Assembly: GCF_006345805.1 (NCBI RefSeq)
Contig: NC_043005.1
Coordinates: forward strand, 77,004,001 to 77,068,000
Direction: 5' to 3'
Source of the DNA: Octopus sinensis
Taxonomy: Eukaryota
Length of the DNA: 64,000 bases
The position numbers and the translations under genes were made by a program. Every line of letters begins with the position of its first letter. Within the stretch, counting starts at the first letter, position 1. The notes under the pieces were generated by a model, which saw only the letters and a program-made list of their open reading frames with translations, did no database searches and was not told where the DNA came from. Positions 1-12,771 of the stretch are shown piece by piece.

Positions 1-86
1 ATATATATATATTATATATATATATATGTATGTATGTATGTATACATATATATGTATATATATTTATACATATATATATATATATT

Positions 87-185
<99 letters not shown>

Positions 186-187
186 GT

Positions 188-453
188 GGAGGCGAAATGG
201 CTCAGTGGTTAGGGCAGCGGAGTCGCGGTCGTAGGATCGCGGTTTCGAGTGAGTGTTTATTGAGAGAAAACACCTAAAGCTCCACGAGGCTCCGGCAGGG
301 GATGGTGGCGATCCCTGCTGTACTCTTTCGCTACAAGTTTCTCTCACTCAGCGTGGTGGTGTCATTTGAAGGCTAAAACAATGCGAAGCGCATTGTGACC
401 AGCGATGTGTAGCAACATCTGATAGCCTGGTCGATCACGGTGATCACGGTGAT
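188..453 (+). mobile_element. tRNA-derived SINE family A, tail type 1
   Basis: Head GGAGGCG(C)AATGGC..AGTGGTTAGGGCAGCGGA with A-box; B-box region partly deleted; tail GGCTAAAACAATGCGAAGCGCATTGTGACC. Homologous copies at 9891, 28702, 37350. Confidence 0.9.
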
Positions 454-2254
454 ATATGTATAAATACGTGTGTGTGTGTTTGTGTGTGTGAGTGTATAAA
501 ACAGTCAGAAAAGATTTGAATAAGCATAGAGTTTATAGTAAAGGAAGATATATTACACTAAAAAACACTATTAAAGTTGAATTGGTTAAATGATAGATTT
601 AATGATGAATAACAGATTATGTTTATTGTGATAAATAAAAGAGGTTAATTTGCTGTTGTTTAGCACTGTGTCTGCAATAGTTGTCTCTATGCACAACTGT
701 ATTCCATGTTGTCCGTTTTTAAGGTGGTGATACCTGCGGTATGTAGCAGGTAGGGCGACTAGCCAGGAAAGAGGCCTATTTGGAGATAGAAATAATAAGC
801 TCAGAGACCAGATAGATATAAAACCATTAATAGATAGATAGATACATACATACATACATACATACATACATACATACATACATACATAAATGCAAACATA
901 TATACAGGAATACACACTAACGTTGGAGCTTTCTATCTTCGTTAGATATCATTTCTTTTCTCACAAATATTTCAAATAATTAAAAATTGGAAGAGATCAT
1001 ACGTAGAAATAAATACAAATATACGTACGGCTGTAAATAGATTGGTTGGTTGGTTTTAAATATTCTCATTAAATACTAATTTACAATGTTATACAGGTGA
1101 AAGGTAAAAAACGAATTTTAAAATGGCGCCTCATACTTTCAAAAGCTCGATTATATTTTAGAAATATCTTCTCACTAAATGAAAAACAAAAATACACAGT
1201 AGCGCCGAGTTTTGTAGAGTAAATGTAATTATACGGAGATCAAACGCGTTAGAACTCCAACCTGGTTAATAACAAAGTGTTATAGTTAAAAGAAACAAAT
1301 GAATTTATTTTGATATTTTTTTTTACATTTATTGCCTTCCGTCCACTGCTAAAAAGGTGGTTCGTTTATAGCAATATTTTATTTTTTCTATATGAACAAT
1401 TCCGAGAATTAATTATTGGAAAACTGTTAACCACTTCACATGTTTTAGAACTTTAAGTTGTTTGAATACTTTGGTTTCTATAGAGAACTTAAACTGATTT
1501 ACATACAGAAACTAGTGACCTGTTTCCAGCCCCAGTCTTGAAGATTAAATCGGCAAGAGTTCTATGTATGATATTCAAAGAAAACAAAATCGATACCATA
1601 TTGACATCATTCACATAGGATTTTGTTCAAGATCAATCTAAATGTTCTTCTTGAGAAAAGTCCTCTTCAAACTCTTATCATACAATTTCTCAAACGAATC
1701 ACAAACATAACGACGGCGAGATGGCGAGCCGTTTTAGATTATCACAGAAATAAGTTTGAAGAACAAAAGAACAAGTATTATATCGACATGTGTTTCATGA
1801 TAAAGGTTACAAACGGTCTAGAAAAGCTATGAACGTAGTAAACGAACAAGGATTTTTTTTTTCAACTGCATATCATAAGATGTTCATCCAAGTAGAATTA
1901 TCTAAATTACTTATGTAAATTCTAATTTTAATAAGTTATCTATCGTATTAAATCGATTTCACCCAAAACACATTTTAATACTTTATATTCTATATTTGTC
2001 GCTGAGTAGTAATATATTCAAAGTTATTTTATGACATGACAAAAACCACGAATTTTCAAATTTGGGAATCATGTTATGTAAAAACAAAAAAAGATTGCAT
2101 AAAAGAAAATCTGAAGTCATCAGCACCTACATAAGAAGAAATGACGACGGCAAGTATTGTTAATGTTGTACTTGATGTCGTGTAGCATGATAACCACAGT
2201 GAAACATGAAGACTTATAGATTTCAAATTTTGGCACAAGGTCAGCAATTTTAAG

Positions 2255-2432
2255 TGAAGGTATAAGTCGATTAAATCGACCTCAGTGTTCAACTGGTACT
2301 TATTTTATCAACCCAGAAAGGATGAAAGGCAAAGTCGATCTCAGCAGAATTTGAACACAGAACATAAAGGCGAACGAAATGCTGCTAAGCATTTTGCCCG
2401 ACGTGCTAACGATTCTGCCAGTTCATCGCCTT
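2255..2432 (-). mobile_element. SINE family C, degenerate copy
   Basis: Matches reverse complement of GGCGGCGAGCTGGCAGAATCGTTAGCACG...GAGTTCAAATTCCGCCGAGGTCGACTTTGCCTTTCATCC seen intact at 58802. Confidence 0.8.
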
Positions 2433-2451
2433 ATGAAAACTTATTATCAAA

Positions 2452-2820
2452 CTAGCAGAGATACCCGGCGTTTCCCGGTTACATTTAATTGAAGAATTAG
2501 ACTTTTCTGTTATATCTTCTGTAATGAACTGGAATATCTGTTACGAATATCATCAAAATTGCAGATGAGGGTTATTTCCCTCTTTACACACCCTAAAAAA
2601 ATTGTAATCGTGCCACATGTATCCCATACTACTGACTTTTATGCGCATATTCCAAAATTCCAGTCTTATTGAACCTGTTAAAAAGATTTTGCTCCTGAAA
2701 AATGAAGGTCATGAAGCTCTAAAATGTGAGAGCTAAGGCCCCTGTTGGGGGTGGGATCTTAATGTCAACCAGAGAAGTTGAATTGTTGAAAATCTTTTTA
2801 ACTTGGGTCTTATATCTATT
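2452..2820 (-). mobile_element. Non-autonomous Helitron-like element, 3' end clear, 5' end uncertain
   Basis: Minus strand ends CCGGGAAACGCCGGG-TATCTCTG-CTAG|T (hairpin plus CTAG), the same terminus type as 5270-5298. Confidence 0.55.
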
Positions 2821-3169
2821 GTTTGAAGTTCTTTGAAATAGGAAATATATGTTCACTGGGTATGTAAAAGAGAGCAAAGCTACAGGAAACCAAAAGACGA
2901 ATGATCACAATGAGCAGTCAGTTACCCTACCCTAGTCGTTACCACTCCCAATGTAGGATGCCTCACCATGCAGGTGACAGGCACAGCCGTAAGATGCATT
3001 GCGAATCTGCAGCAATTGGAAGAGCGTGACCCAACTGAAATCAACATTAACAACTGTGTGACGTGAGGGCTAAGGAGAAATGAAAGTTGGAGTGTGGTGG
3101 GGGGGGGAACATTAATTGCTGGCAAGATGCCGAAAAGTGTAACTTCGTCTTGCGAAGAGTCGTCAACCC

Positions 3170-3475
3170 TATGTGATTGATGGCGGGAGTCCTGGCAAAA
3201 AAGAAGATAATATAACACTCCTTCAGGCTACCATCACAGAAAAGGCTTATTGGACCAGTCAAACAGTTCACCTCCTAATACAAGCATAACCGTCAATTTT
3301 AGAACAGTTACAGGAGAAAATAGGAATTGGGGAGGAATTCCTGAACGCATTCGTCGAGGGGCGTAAGCCCCGATGTTTCCAGTGTGGCCAGCTGGGCCAT
3401 TTAAAAAAAAACACTGCAGAGACGGTGAGAAAGAATCCGATGAGGAAGAGGAGGAGGAGGGGAGAGAGAGAAACA
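3170..3475 (+). pseudogene. Retroelement gag/ORF1 fragment with CCHC zinc knuckle
   Basis: Manual translation ILEQLQEKIGIGEEFLNAFVEGRKPRCFQCGQLGHLKK(frameshift)HCRD then an acidic tract; CX2CX4HX4C spacing; in-frame stop upstream. Confidence 0.65.
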
Positions 3476-3910
3476 GAAGAAAAGAAAGCAACTAATAACA
3501 AGAGAATAATGGAAAGCTCAAATCAACAAAAACAGGTCGAACTAAGACCAAAAAACAAAACTGCGAAAAGAGACAAACCAAAAATGAAGATTTAATGAGA
3601 GAAATAAAAGCGAAAAGATCAGCCACGAGGATTGCAGAACTTTCTGATTAATATAAGAACTACGAGTTCAATGAAATTGATAAAAAAAAACTCATAATGT
3701 ATTACTTAACGCGTATAGAAAGTCGGTGTTGATGATGAGATTGGATATTAATCAATCCATTTTTCAAGACTTGCCACCTACGACCCTATATGAAGAAAAG
3801 GTGGAGAGACTCTCTTCAGAGGACAACCAGGATTAAATATGTAAATAATGTCTATTCACATTGGTTGTGTAAATGGTCGTGGCCTGATGTCTAGCTGGAA
3901 GTAAGGGTTT

Positions 3911-4164
3911 CCTCTGGTCGCCGTAGCGTCGACTGTGGGTCGGTAGCTGTGTACAGTCACCTCTACGTCGTCCAGAGCGAGCTCTGGTCACTGTAGCGTC
4001 GACTATGGGTCGGTGGCTGTGTACAGTCGCCTCAATGTCACCCAGAGCGAGCTCTGGTCGCCATAGCGTTGACTGTGGGCCTGTGGCTGTGTACAGTTGC
4101 CTCAATGTCGCCCAGAGCGAGTTATGGTCGCCATAGCATCGACTGTGGGCCTGTGGCTGTGTAC
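3911..4164. repeat. 70-bp GC-rich minisatellite, about 3.6 copies
   Basis: Units at 3911, 3981, 4051, 4121; consensus GCTCTGGTCGCCATAGCGTCGACTGTGGGTCGGTGGCTGTGTACAGTCGCCTCAATGTCGCCCAGAGCGA. Confidence 0.95.
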
Positions 4165-4691
4165 TCTCCGTATTCGCCCTTGAAGTTTCTCCAAATTCTT
4201 TGGCTTAGTACAGTTGACATGTTCCTTTAACCAACTCCAAAAAAATAGAAATCACAGGCTGTTAAGTCAGGACTCCTACCTGGCTACTCATGTGGACCCC
4301 GATGACCCATCTATCTCCCGGGAAAATGGACATTCAGCCATTTACGAACGACAAGAGCAGAGTAGTGTGGTGTGTGTGTGTGTCTCACATCTCACCTTGT
4401 TTCTGCTTGATAACCCGTCTTAGTTTGTTTACATTCCCATGAATTAACCTTTAGTGTGCGATAGAATAAGTACAAGACTTGAAAATTGTACTGGTTTCGA
4501 TGTGTTCGGTTAAACCCACCCAGTTGGTGCCCCAGCCCAAATAAGTGAAACAAGTAACAGACCTAAAATCTGCAATTTCTTAGTTATTTTCTTCATCATC
4601 ATCATTAATACCATCAATAATAATAATAACGACAGCAACAATCCTTGGACATTACTATCTCGATTCCTTGGAGTCATACGGTTTATTATGC

Positions 4692-4884
4692 AGCTTCCAT
4701 CGCGTGTAAGTGACCGACATTACACCTTCACTGAACGGGGAGCCAGACGGTCGCAAGTCTATTTATTTACAGCGTGAAATGAAGTGTTTTGTTCAGTGAC
4801 AAAACTCACCGTCTTGTCCAGGAATCGAAACCACTATCTTACGATTGTAAGTCTAATACTCGAGACACTGGGCTGCGCGCCTTC
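4692..4884 (-). mobile_element. SINE family M, degenerate copy
   Basis: Reverse complement gives GAAGGCGCGCAGCCCAGTG..GGTTTCGATTCCTGGAC..ACAAAACACTTCATTTCACG, homologous to 27748. Confidence 0.7.
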
Positions 4885-4908
4885 ATTCTCATCATACGTT
4901 GTACGTAA

Positions 4909-5298
4909 TCTCTATATATAAAGCTGAAGTTGTCTGTGTATAGCCGGTTTGGTAGCCTTTAACTAACACTATCTCCTCCGAGATCCTATGGCGCAAGTTG
5001 ACCAAACTTGAGAGTATGATAGAAGAAGGCTTCTTCTTCCTTTCGTAGAAGAAAAAATTCAAATCGGACCATGTTAACACCAAAAATAATTTACGTAAAA
5101 AAGGTGCTTTTTTTCTGTGAAAATCCCTATTTTTGACGATTTTTTGACTGCTGTGTGGCCATTTTTCGGTGTATTTCAACAAGAAAAATGTTCACTTAAA
5201 GAGAATAACAAGCTATATAGTGCAAAATTTTTACTTTTCAAAAATTCCAATTCTAAAGGTTCGAAACAAACCCGAGCAACGCCGGGTGATACTGCTAG
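4909..5298 (+). mobile_element. Non-autonomous Helitron
   Basis: A|TCTCTATATATAAAG start; 3' hairpin CCCGAGCAACGCCGGG then CTAG|T; sits between A and T with no TSD, the canonical Helitron signature. Confidence 0.8.
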
Positions 5299-5517
5299 TA
5301 ACAACTATAACGATTCTTACGAAAACAAGCCGAGGAGTTCTGACATAACAATGAGTTTTCAAAACGTTTGTACATATGAACTCATTACTTGATATTTACT
5401 GTAAGAGATTAATAGAAATGCCAGCAGAGTTTTGGATGTATTATTTCTATTTAGGCTATTTACTAGATTTTCTCAAAGATTCTAATGTTATTTTACCGCA
5501 GGAAGAATAAATATTAG

Positions 5518-5634
5518 TTAAAGAAGTTCGGATTTTCGAATCAGACATATTGTTTAGCTACGATGACAATAACTATTACAGATCGTCTTTGAATAATGCC
5601 AGTCTGAAATACATAGATATTGGTGCTATTTTCG
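5518..5634 (+). CDS. Candidate exon (KEVRIFESDILFSYDDNNYYRSSLNNASLKYIDIGAIF)
   Basis: Open frame ending at donor G|GTAAGC; acceptor weak (TATTAG). Only speculative similarity (IGAIF) to ionotropic-receptor N-termini. Confidence 0.2.
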
Positions 5635-5785
5635 GTAAGCTTTTATTGAAATATATATAGAGAACCGAAGAAGTCTGCTAAAATAAAAATCATAACGAAG
5701 CTCAAAATACTGTGCCAGTGTTAATACACCATATTAATATATTAATATAGTATTTGTGTATATACGTACGTGTGACTATATATAG

Positions 5786-5864
5786 AGTCAAGTCTATTGA
5801 AAAGATTGCAAGACGCAGCGAAAATTTTAGGAATAAAAATAAGAAATAAGTGGAAATTTTACCG
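5786..5864 (+). CDS. Candidate exon (ESSLLKRLQDAAKILGIKIRNKWKFYR)
   Basis: AG acceptor at 5784-5785, donor CG|GTGAGT, phase-compatible with the preceding candidate; poor polypyrimidine tract. Confidence 0.15.
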
Positions 5865-6027
5865 GTGAGTGTGTGTTAATTTACAAGGCACAAAAGAAAA
5901 CGAAAACGACTCTCCCCAGACACAACAGTGCATGTATACATGGTGTGTATATTATTTATAATATATATACATACATATACATTATATATGATCGAACCAT
6001 TTTCTAGGCATTTAATGGAAAATATAT

Positions 6028-6080
<53 letters not shown>

Positions 6081-6123
6081 CCATGTATACATGCATACGT
6101 ACATACATTCACACACACACACA

Positions 6124-6156
<33 letters not shown>

Positions 6157-7062
6157 GGAAATCTATCTATCTGCGATGGAGGTATAAGATGAGAGAGGGA
6201 AGTCATAACAGCATTATGTATTGAGAAATGTGTAAATGGATGTGATAGATTACTGGGTGATGTCCTAGCGAAATCCCATTGTTGGTGATACAGCATTCTA
6301 TTGCAGCTATATGACATGCGAATTCGACTAAGTTACATATGATTCGTTTCACTCCCGAACTGAAATGAGCTCCCAGCCTCTGTATCATGAATGGTTATGT
6401 GGACCACTCCTAACGAAAGCCAGAGCTTCCTTCAAACACTACATAAAAAGTATTAAGAAAAAATTTTTATTTAGATATACTTTTATTTTAATTGTTTACA
6501 CTATTTCGCGCTTTTTTATACTCTTATACATTCAAAGTTCACAAATTGTTTGTTGCTTACACATACACACACATACATACTAACACACACACACTCACAC
6601 ACACACACAGACACAAACACACACACACACACACACACACACGTACACACACACCACAGAAACCAGTGACAGATATAAATAGACGAAATATGACGATCAT
6701 AAATGTATTAAAATAATCACCGAAAGGAAACAAAAACGATATTTTACAAGACTGCTGATATCGCTGAAATCAACATCAAAAACCGATTTAAAATTAACTT
6801 CCATGAATGCGCTCTTTAAAGTATTGATATCAATAAACGTTATGTAGTATTACCGAAAATATTTCTTTTGTACAAAGTGATTAGAAGAGCACAATGAAAA
6901 GAGAGAACAATTAGATTAGAAAAGATAATGAATAGGATTACATATATACATATAGCGAATATGGAGAGATACATCACAACAAAATTAAACCATTATATAT
7001 TCTTGTGTAATATATAATATATATAGATATATATATAATATAATATATATATTGATACATAC

Positions 7063-7132
<70 letters not shown>

Positions 7133-7189
7133 ACATATATATTTATTAATATATATGTATTTTATGTATATATATATATTCATTTATTC

Positions 7190-7380
7190 TGTTACTTGTT
7201 TCAGTCATTTGACTACGGCCATGAGAACTGCTTTAGTCGAACAAATCAACTCAGGACTTATTCTTCGCTAAGCCTAGTACATATTCTCTCCGTCTCTTTT
7301 GTCAAACGCTAAGTTATGGAGGCATAAAACACACCAACATCGGTGGTTAAGCGATGGTGGGTGGATCAAACAGGCACACA
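7190..7380 (-). mobile_element. SINE family B, 3' half
   Basis: TTACTTGTTTCAGTCATTTGAC..GGCCATG..CTTTAGTCGA matches the reverse complement of 42340-42505. Confidence 0.8.
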
Positions 7381-7416
7381 ACACACACCCAACACACACA
7401 CATATATATATATATA

Positions 7417-7454
<38 letters not shown>

Positions 7455-7573
7455 ATATAGTATGTATATATATATATATTTTTATATATGTATATTTATA
7501 AATATATATTATATATATATATAAATGTATATATATTATATATATTATATATATATATATTATATTTATTATA

Positions 7574-7608
<35 letters not shown>

Positions 7609-7711
7609 TAATACATACATATATCTATGTCTTTCTATGTGCCTCTCTGTCTCTTGTTCTCTCTATCTGCCTCTCTCTCTCTCTCTCTCTCCCTATCTAT
7701 GTATATAATAT

Positions 7712-8470
7712 GTTTCTATATTGGCCAAACAGTGCTGAACACAGAGGGGACAAAATACAAAGTAGAGTTTTCCTCTTGGGGAAGAAGAAAAGAGAAAAAA
7801 AGTCGGTCGAATTTCGATCAAAAGGGATCGTGGAAAAAAAACATAGAAAAAACGATCAATAGGGATCGTGTATCAAAGAAATGTCAATGTAAAAAGGGAA
7901 AACAGATTAGGTTTATCCGTGGAAAGAAAAGCCTACGGAAAAGACCACGGTAACCTTGGGCAATAATGTCATGCTAAAAAAACGCATTACAGTAAGTGAC
8001 TCTTTTTCCCTTTCTTTTTGGGTTCATAGGATTATGCTCAAGCTGGTTCCGTCATTCACACGTGCCATCCTTGCAACTTTCACCCATGTTCTTTGAAACA
8101 TTCAATAGACAAAACTTCCCTCTCTACTCTCACCTTCCTCTTCAAGTGATACTTGAAGAATTTGACGAGAGATTGACCAGAGAGGAAAGTGTTTGTCTCT
8201 AGACCTTTCAGACGCGTCCACCATACACATTCTTTCGCCATCGCCACAAGTACGAGGAAAATGGCTCTTCCTTCTCGTTTCAAGGAAGGAGGCGCGATAA
8301 TATTCACGATAGACTCGGTTGATAAACCGACTCGTTCCACAGGCGATAGCAGTCGTTCGACATAGTAGGACACTGTACGAGTGCGTGCAGGACGGTTTCG
8401 TCGCTCTGACCGCATCTCGGGCAGGTCGGCCCCGTGTTTCTCGAGCCATGCCTGTAGAGCCTATCTGCAT
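7712..8470 (-). mobile_element. L1/Tx1-type LINE 3' fragment (ORF2 C-terminus plus 3' UTR)
   Basis: CPRCGQSDETVLHALVQC zinc-knuckle motif, then after a frameshift LVLVAMAKECVWWTRLKGLETNTFLSGQSLVKFFKYHLKRKVRVERE; the UTR recurs at 44252. Confidence 0.8.
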
Positions 8471-8999
8471 GTGTGTGTATGTGTGTATGTGTGTGTTGTG
8501 TGTACAATGAGGCAGGATGTTTGGTGTTTATTCGAGGAGAGGTTGGTAAAAAATGTGCAGTATCAATTATAAAGAATGGATTAGCGAAGTACTATAAATG
8601 CACACCTCATCCAAATACCATCCTGCCACACAGTAGTGAAATGTCCAAATTATACCCACTGTAATGTATTATGTAATCTCTTGATGTTTCTTCTGCATTC
8701 GAGTTCATTATATCGTTTTCCACCCACTAGGGAACAGTGCAGCGTAGGATAAAACGATCGTCGAGCTAAATAACGCTTACACTAGACTCTCTTCTCCCTA
8801 TCAGTTGTTTAAAATATACTAAACGTCCACCGAGGAATTCTTTAGGTAGATCCTGCAACTAAAGTGCAGTACTGCAGATGACGCCTGGTAGCCGAATGCG
8901 GTGAACGTGATCTCAAGTACAGTAATAGGGCCTTACCCCAAACAAGGTTTGGATACTACTTTCTAAAGTTTCCTTTCTAAATTTAAATTTTAAAACATA

Positions 9000-9064
<65 letters not shown>

Positions 9065-9075
9065 TATATATGATT

Positions 9076-9204
9076 AAAACAATTTGATTCAAATTCGTTG
9101 GTACTCATGAGGTACAAGTGCAATGCTAGTCGTCAGCCATTTTGATTCAAATTCAAATACGCTTGAAAGTTAAGAGTATCAACGAATTTGAATCAAATTG
9201 TTTT
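9076..9204. mobile_element. MITE-like element with 31-bp inverted repeats
   Basis: AAAACAATTTGATTCAAATTCGTTGGTACTC (9076-9106) vs GAGTATCAACGAATTTGAATCAAATTGTTTT (9174-9204), one mismatch. Confidence 0.75.
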
Positions 9205-9267
9205 CCATACATGTAACTCGCAATAAATTTGTTGAGTGCCCTTCTTCCATTTGTCCACTTATATATT

Positions 9268-9323
<56 letters not shown>

Positions 9324-9505
9324 TATATATATATATATATATATATACAAATTGTAAATGCAACCCTCTATGGGATAACATATATCCATATACTGCTAGT
9401 GAAGTACCCAACAAAGTTAATACATAATGTTAATGATTGCGATGCAATCAATTCATTTACTGTATTATATGGGCAAAGGTAAATGATTTACCACAAATTA
9501 CTAAT

Positions 9506-9760
9506 ACAAGATAAGAAAATGGAGAATACATCTAAATCAAATATCATTACCAGATATACTCAATCACATACTTTATTAAACCACCACATAAGAGACTGTA
9601 GAGTTAAATATAAAAATATAAAAATATATTTGATTTGTTCTGCTTTTTTATATTTTTAACCCTACAGTCTCTTATGTGGTGGTTTAATAAAGTATGTGAT
9701 TGAGTATTATCTGGTAATTGATATTTGATTTAGATGTATTTCTCCATTTTCTTATCTTGT
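9506..9760. repeat. Foldback palindrome, arms about 110 bp
   Basis: ACAAGATAAGAAAATGGAG...CACCACATAAGAGACTGTAG mirrored by CTACAGTCTCTTATGTGGTG...CTCCATTTTCTTATCTTGT. Confidence 0.9.
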
Positions 9761-9761
9761 C

Positions 9762-9793
<32 letters not shown>

Positions 9794-9804
9794 ATCTATA
9801 TATA

Positions 9805-9870
<66 letters not shown>

Positions 9871-9890
9871 ATTATATATATATAATATGT

Positions 9891-10160
9891 GGAGGCGCAA
9901 TGGCCCAGTGGTTAGGGCAGCGGACTCGCGGTCGTAGGATTGCGGTTTTGATTCCCAGACCGAGCGTTGTGAGTGTTTATTGAGCGAAAACACCTAAAAA
10001 AGCTCCACGACGCTCCGGCAGGGGGTGGTGTACTCTTTCACCACTCTTTCTTCTGTTGGCCTTCTCGCTTAGCCAGCGGGGTGGCGTCATTCAAAGGCTA
10101 AAACAATGCGAACGCATTGTGACCAGCGATGTGGAACATCTGATGGTCTGGTCGATCACG
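9891..10160 (+). mobile_element. SINE family A, tail type 1
   Basis: Full tRNA-like head with A-box and B-box-like GGTTTTGATTCC, same tail as 188. Confidence 0.9.
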
Positions 10161-11160
10161 AAAGAAAAATTCAATTTAGCAATTGTAAGTCAAATTTCCC
10201 AATATATGATATATGTATACAATTAAGAGAAATAACCTCCATTAAGTAATTCAATTGATAGTGAAAAGTCTTATCTATATTAAATCATATAGAAAAAATT
10301 GAAATATATTATAATAAATATTATTCTTAATAGAGGTTATTTCTCCGTGGTCTCTGACTGGCATTGAGGATGATGATGCTGATGGTGATGACAATGATGA
10401 TGATAGTGACAATAATGATAAAATCGATGGGGACGACGACTGTGATTACGATGATGATGATGGTTGTGGTGTTGGTGTTGTTGTTGGCATTGGTGAGATC
10501 GTCGGTGTTGGCGGAGGTGCTGCTGTAGGAGCTGGTAACCATGATAATATGCACAAACACGTGTGAACTTTTTCTACAAATTCTAATACATTCCTACACT
10601 ATAGGCTTATTTCCATAATTAATCGATGTACGTTTCTGCCCTACATTACAAGTCATTTCCGAAATCCTAACGAGAATTAAATACAAATATTATATCTGCT
10701 ACTTTTCATAAATATGGGTGCTTCAGCAATATTTTAAACCTTGTCATATGTCACGTAGCTTTTAACTTCATCGAAACTATTAATTTCTAAACATCTTTAT
10801 AGGTTTCTTGTTATGATTGCACGCTGCCACTACAAAATCTGTCATTTCGTATTTCGCATTTACTGATTTTACGTCCGCTAAATTGGACTAGCATTTACAT
10901 AAATGTAAAGACATTTATTCGATATGTCAATGGCTAAAGCAACAAGTGATACATATGTACATACATACGCACATACATACACACATACATACACACATAC
11001 ATACATACACACATACACACATACACAGACATACATACACACACACATACGTGCATACATACATACATACATACATACATATACACACACAAACATATAC
11101 ACATACACAAAGATACAGTCACACACACATGTGAAATGTGCATATATATATATGAATGTG

Positions 11161-11317
11161 TAGGAGTGGCTGTGTGTTAAGTCGCTTGCTTACTAACACC
11201 ATGGTCCCGGGTTCAGTCCACTGTGTGGCACCTTAGGCAAGTGTCTTCTACTATAGCCTCGGGCCGACCAAAGCCTTGTGAGTGGAGCTGGTAGACGGAA
11301 ACTGAAAGTAGTTTGTC

Positions 11318-11356
<39 letters not shown>

Positions 11357-12070
11357 GATAATATATAGAATGAAGATGAATTTTCTTGTTACAGATTATT
11401 CAAAAGTTTAACCGATACCTGGTAGCAAAATCACAGCAAAAAAAGCACGGTTGGAGATAAGACCATTTGGTGTTGCAACCGTGCGTTGGTGCGGATAATT
11501 GAAGTTTATATTATTAGTGAATGGAAGAAATGGAGTTGAACGAAGATTGAACAGAATTCCTTTTATTACATGCTACTACACATTTTCAAAGGCCACAAAT
11601 TTCCAAATTCTGATTAATAAGGGTACCATATTGTGGCTTTCTCTTCAGGAAAAAACAGGAATTCCGTTGACAGAACAAAACAAAACAGAGGCGGCAGCAG
11701 GCAATTCGAACGAGGTTTTTTCCTGAAGAGAAAGCCACAATATGGTACCCTTATTTAATCAGAATTTGAAAATTTGTGGCCGTTGAAACATGTGTAGAAT
11801 GTAATAAAAGGAATTCTGTTCAATCTTCGTTCAACTCCATTTCTTCCATTCACTATAATATTATATATATATATATATATATATCTATATATATATATTA
11901 TATATTATATATATATATATATATGTATGTAATATGTGTGTTGGTATATGTTTGTGTATCTGTGATTGTCCCCCAACATCGCTTGACAGCCGGTCCTGGG
12001 GTCGATTTGCTCGACTAAAAAAGGTGTTGCTCCAGCATGGCTATAGTCAAATGACTGAAACAAGTGAAAG
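11161..12070 (+). mobile_element. SINE family B split by an internal TA tract carrying a foldback insertion
   Basis: 5' half 11161-11320 (GTGGCTGTGTG..GGCACCTTAGGCAAGTGTCTTC); 3' half 11955-12070 (GGGTCGATTTGCTCGACTAAA..AAATGACTGAAACAAG). Confidence 0.75.
11515..11855. mobile_element. Foldback element, arms about 142 bp, spacer about 58 bp
   Basis: TAGTGAATGGAAGAAATGGAGTTGAACGAAGATTG...CAGGAAAAAAC mirrored at 11715-11855; TA-rich flanks. Confidence 0.9.
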
Positions 12071-12771
12071 AGTAAAAGAGTGTGTACGCGCGCGCGTACA
12101 TGTATGTACGTATGTGTATAGAGAAAAGCCGTGTATTCCCATGTAGGAAAAAATATGGGAGAATTTGTTTTGTAGTCTAAAAGTGCACCTGAATCTCAAA
12201 ACGTGTAGTTTTTAAATTTAGTAATAGATTTATTCAAATATCGAACGGTTTTCGACAATTTTTTGCTCATCAATGGTACAAATAATAAACAAAGGGTTTA
12301 GGAGAGTTAACGTTACAAGGTAAAAATCGGAAAAAAACATGTTTAAACGATGAAATGTTAAATTTTTTTTCTCTTTTTCTCTTTTACTTGTTTCAGTCAT
12401 GTGAAAGATAGATATTAATATAATGGCAATAATATAATATATCTGGCAATAATATAAGACCAGATAGATATTAATATAAGGGCAAATGTTCCATGGAGAT
12501 CATAAATATACATTACTGAAAATTTAAAAGAAAAAAGGTAGGGAAGAAAGAGAAAAAGATGGAGAGAAAAGAAGTTTTGATTGGTTGAAGTTATGTGACG
12601 TCACTTGTTTTGATCAAAAATAATTTCCGTTTTGGACATATTTCTTACAATGTAGGCGTTTCGGCACCTATATTGTAAGGAATAAGATTTAACATCTCAT
12701 AATGCCGTATGAAGGGCACAATATGTATGTACTGACAAGGAGATATCTGCCCCAGGAAGGATTCTAGGATC

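Noticed and set aside
26-277. ORFs of YI/VC/HT/RE repeats here and throughout
   Set aside because: Translations of microsatellites with no protein-like complexity.
1090-1830. Possible decayed Tc1-like transposon
   Set aside because: No TIR pair or catalytic motif identified.
3911-4164. CRISPR array
   Set aside because: Contiguous tandem units with no unique spacers, no cas genes, eukaryotic context.
8866-8935. Degenerate hammerhead (CAGATGA..GAAT with a TACTG/CAGTA stem)
   Set aside because: Two core mismatches and no stem III; not distinguishable from chance.
9891-9965. tRNA genes at SINE heads
   Set aside because: A/B boxes are present, but they run into SINE bodies, are multicopy and diverged, and show no convincing full cloverleaf.
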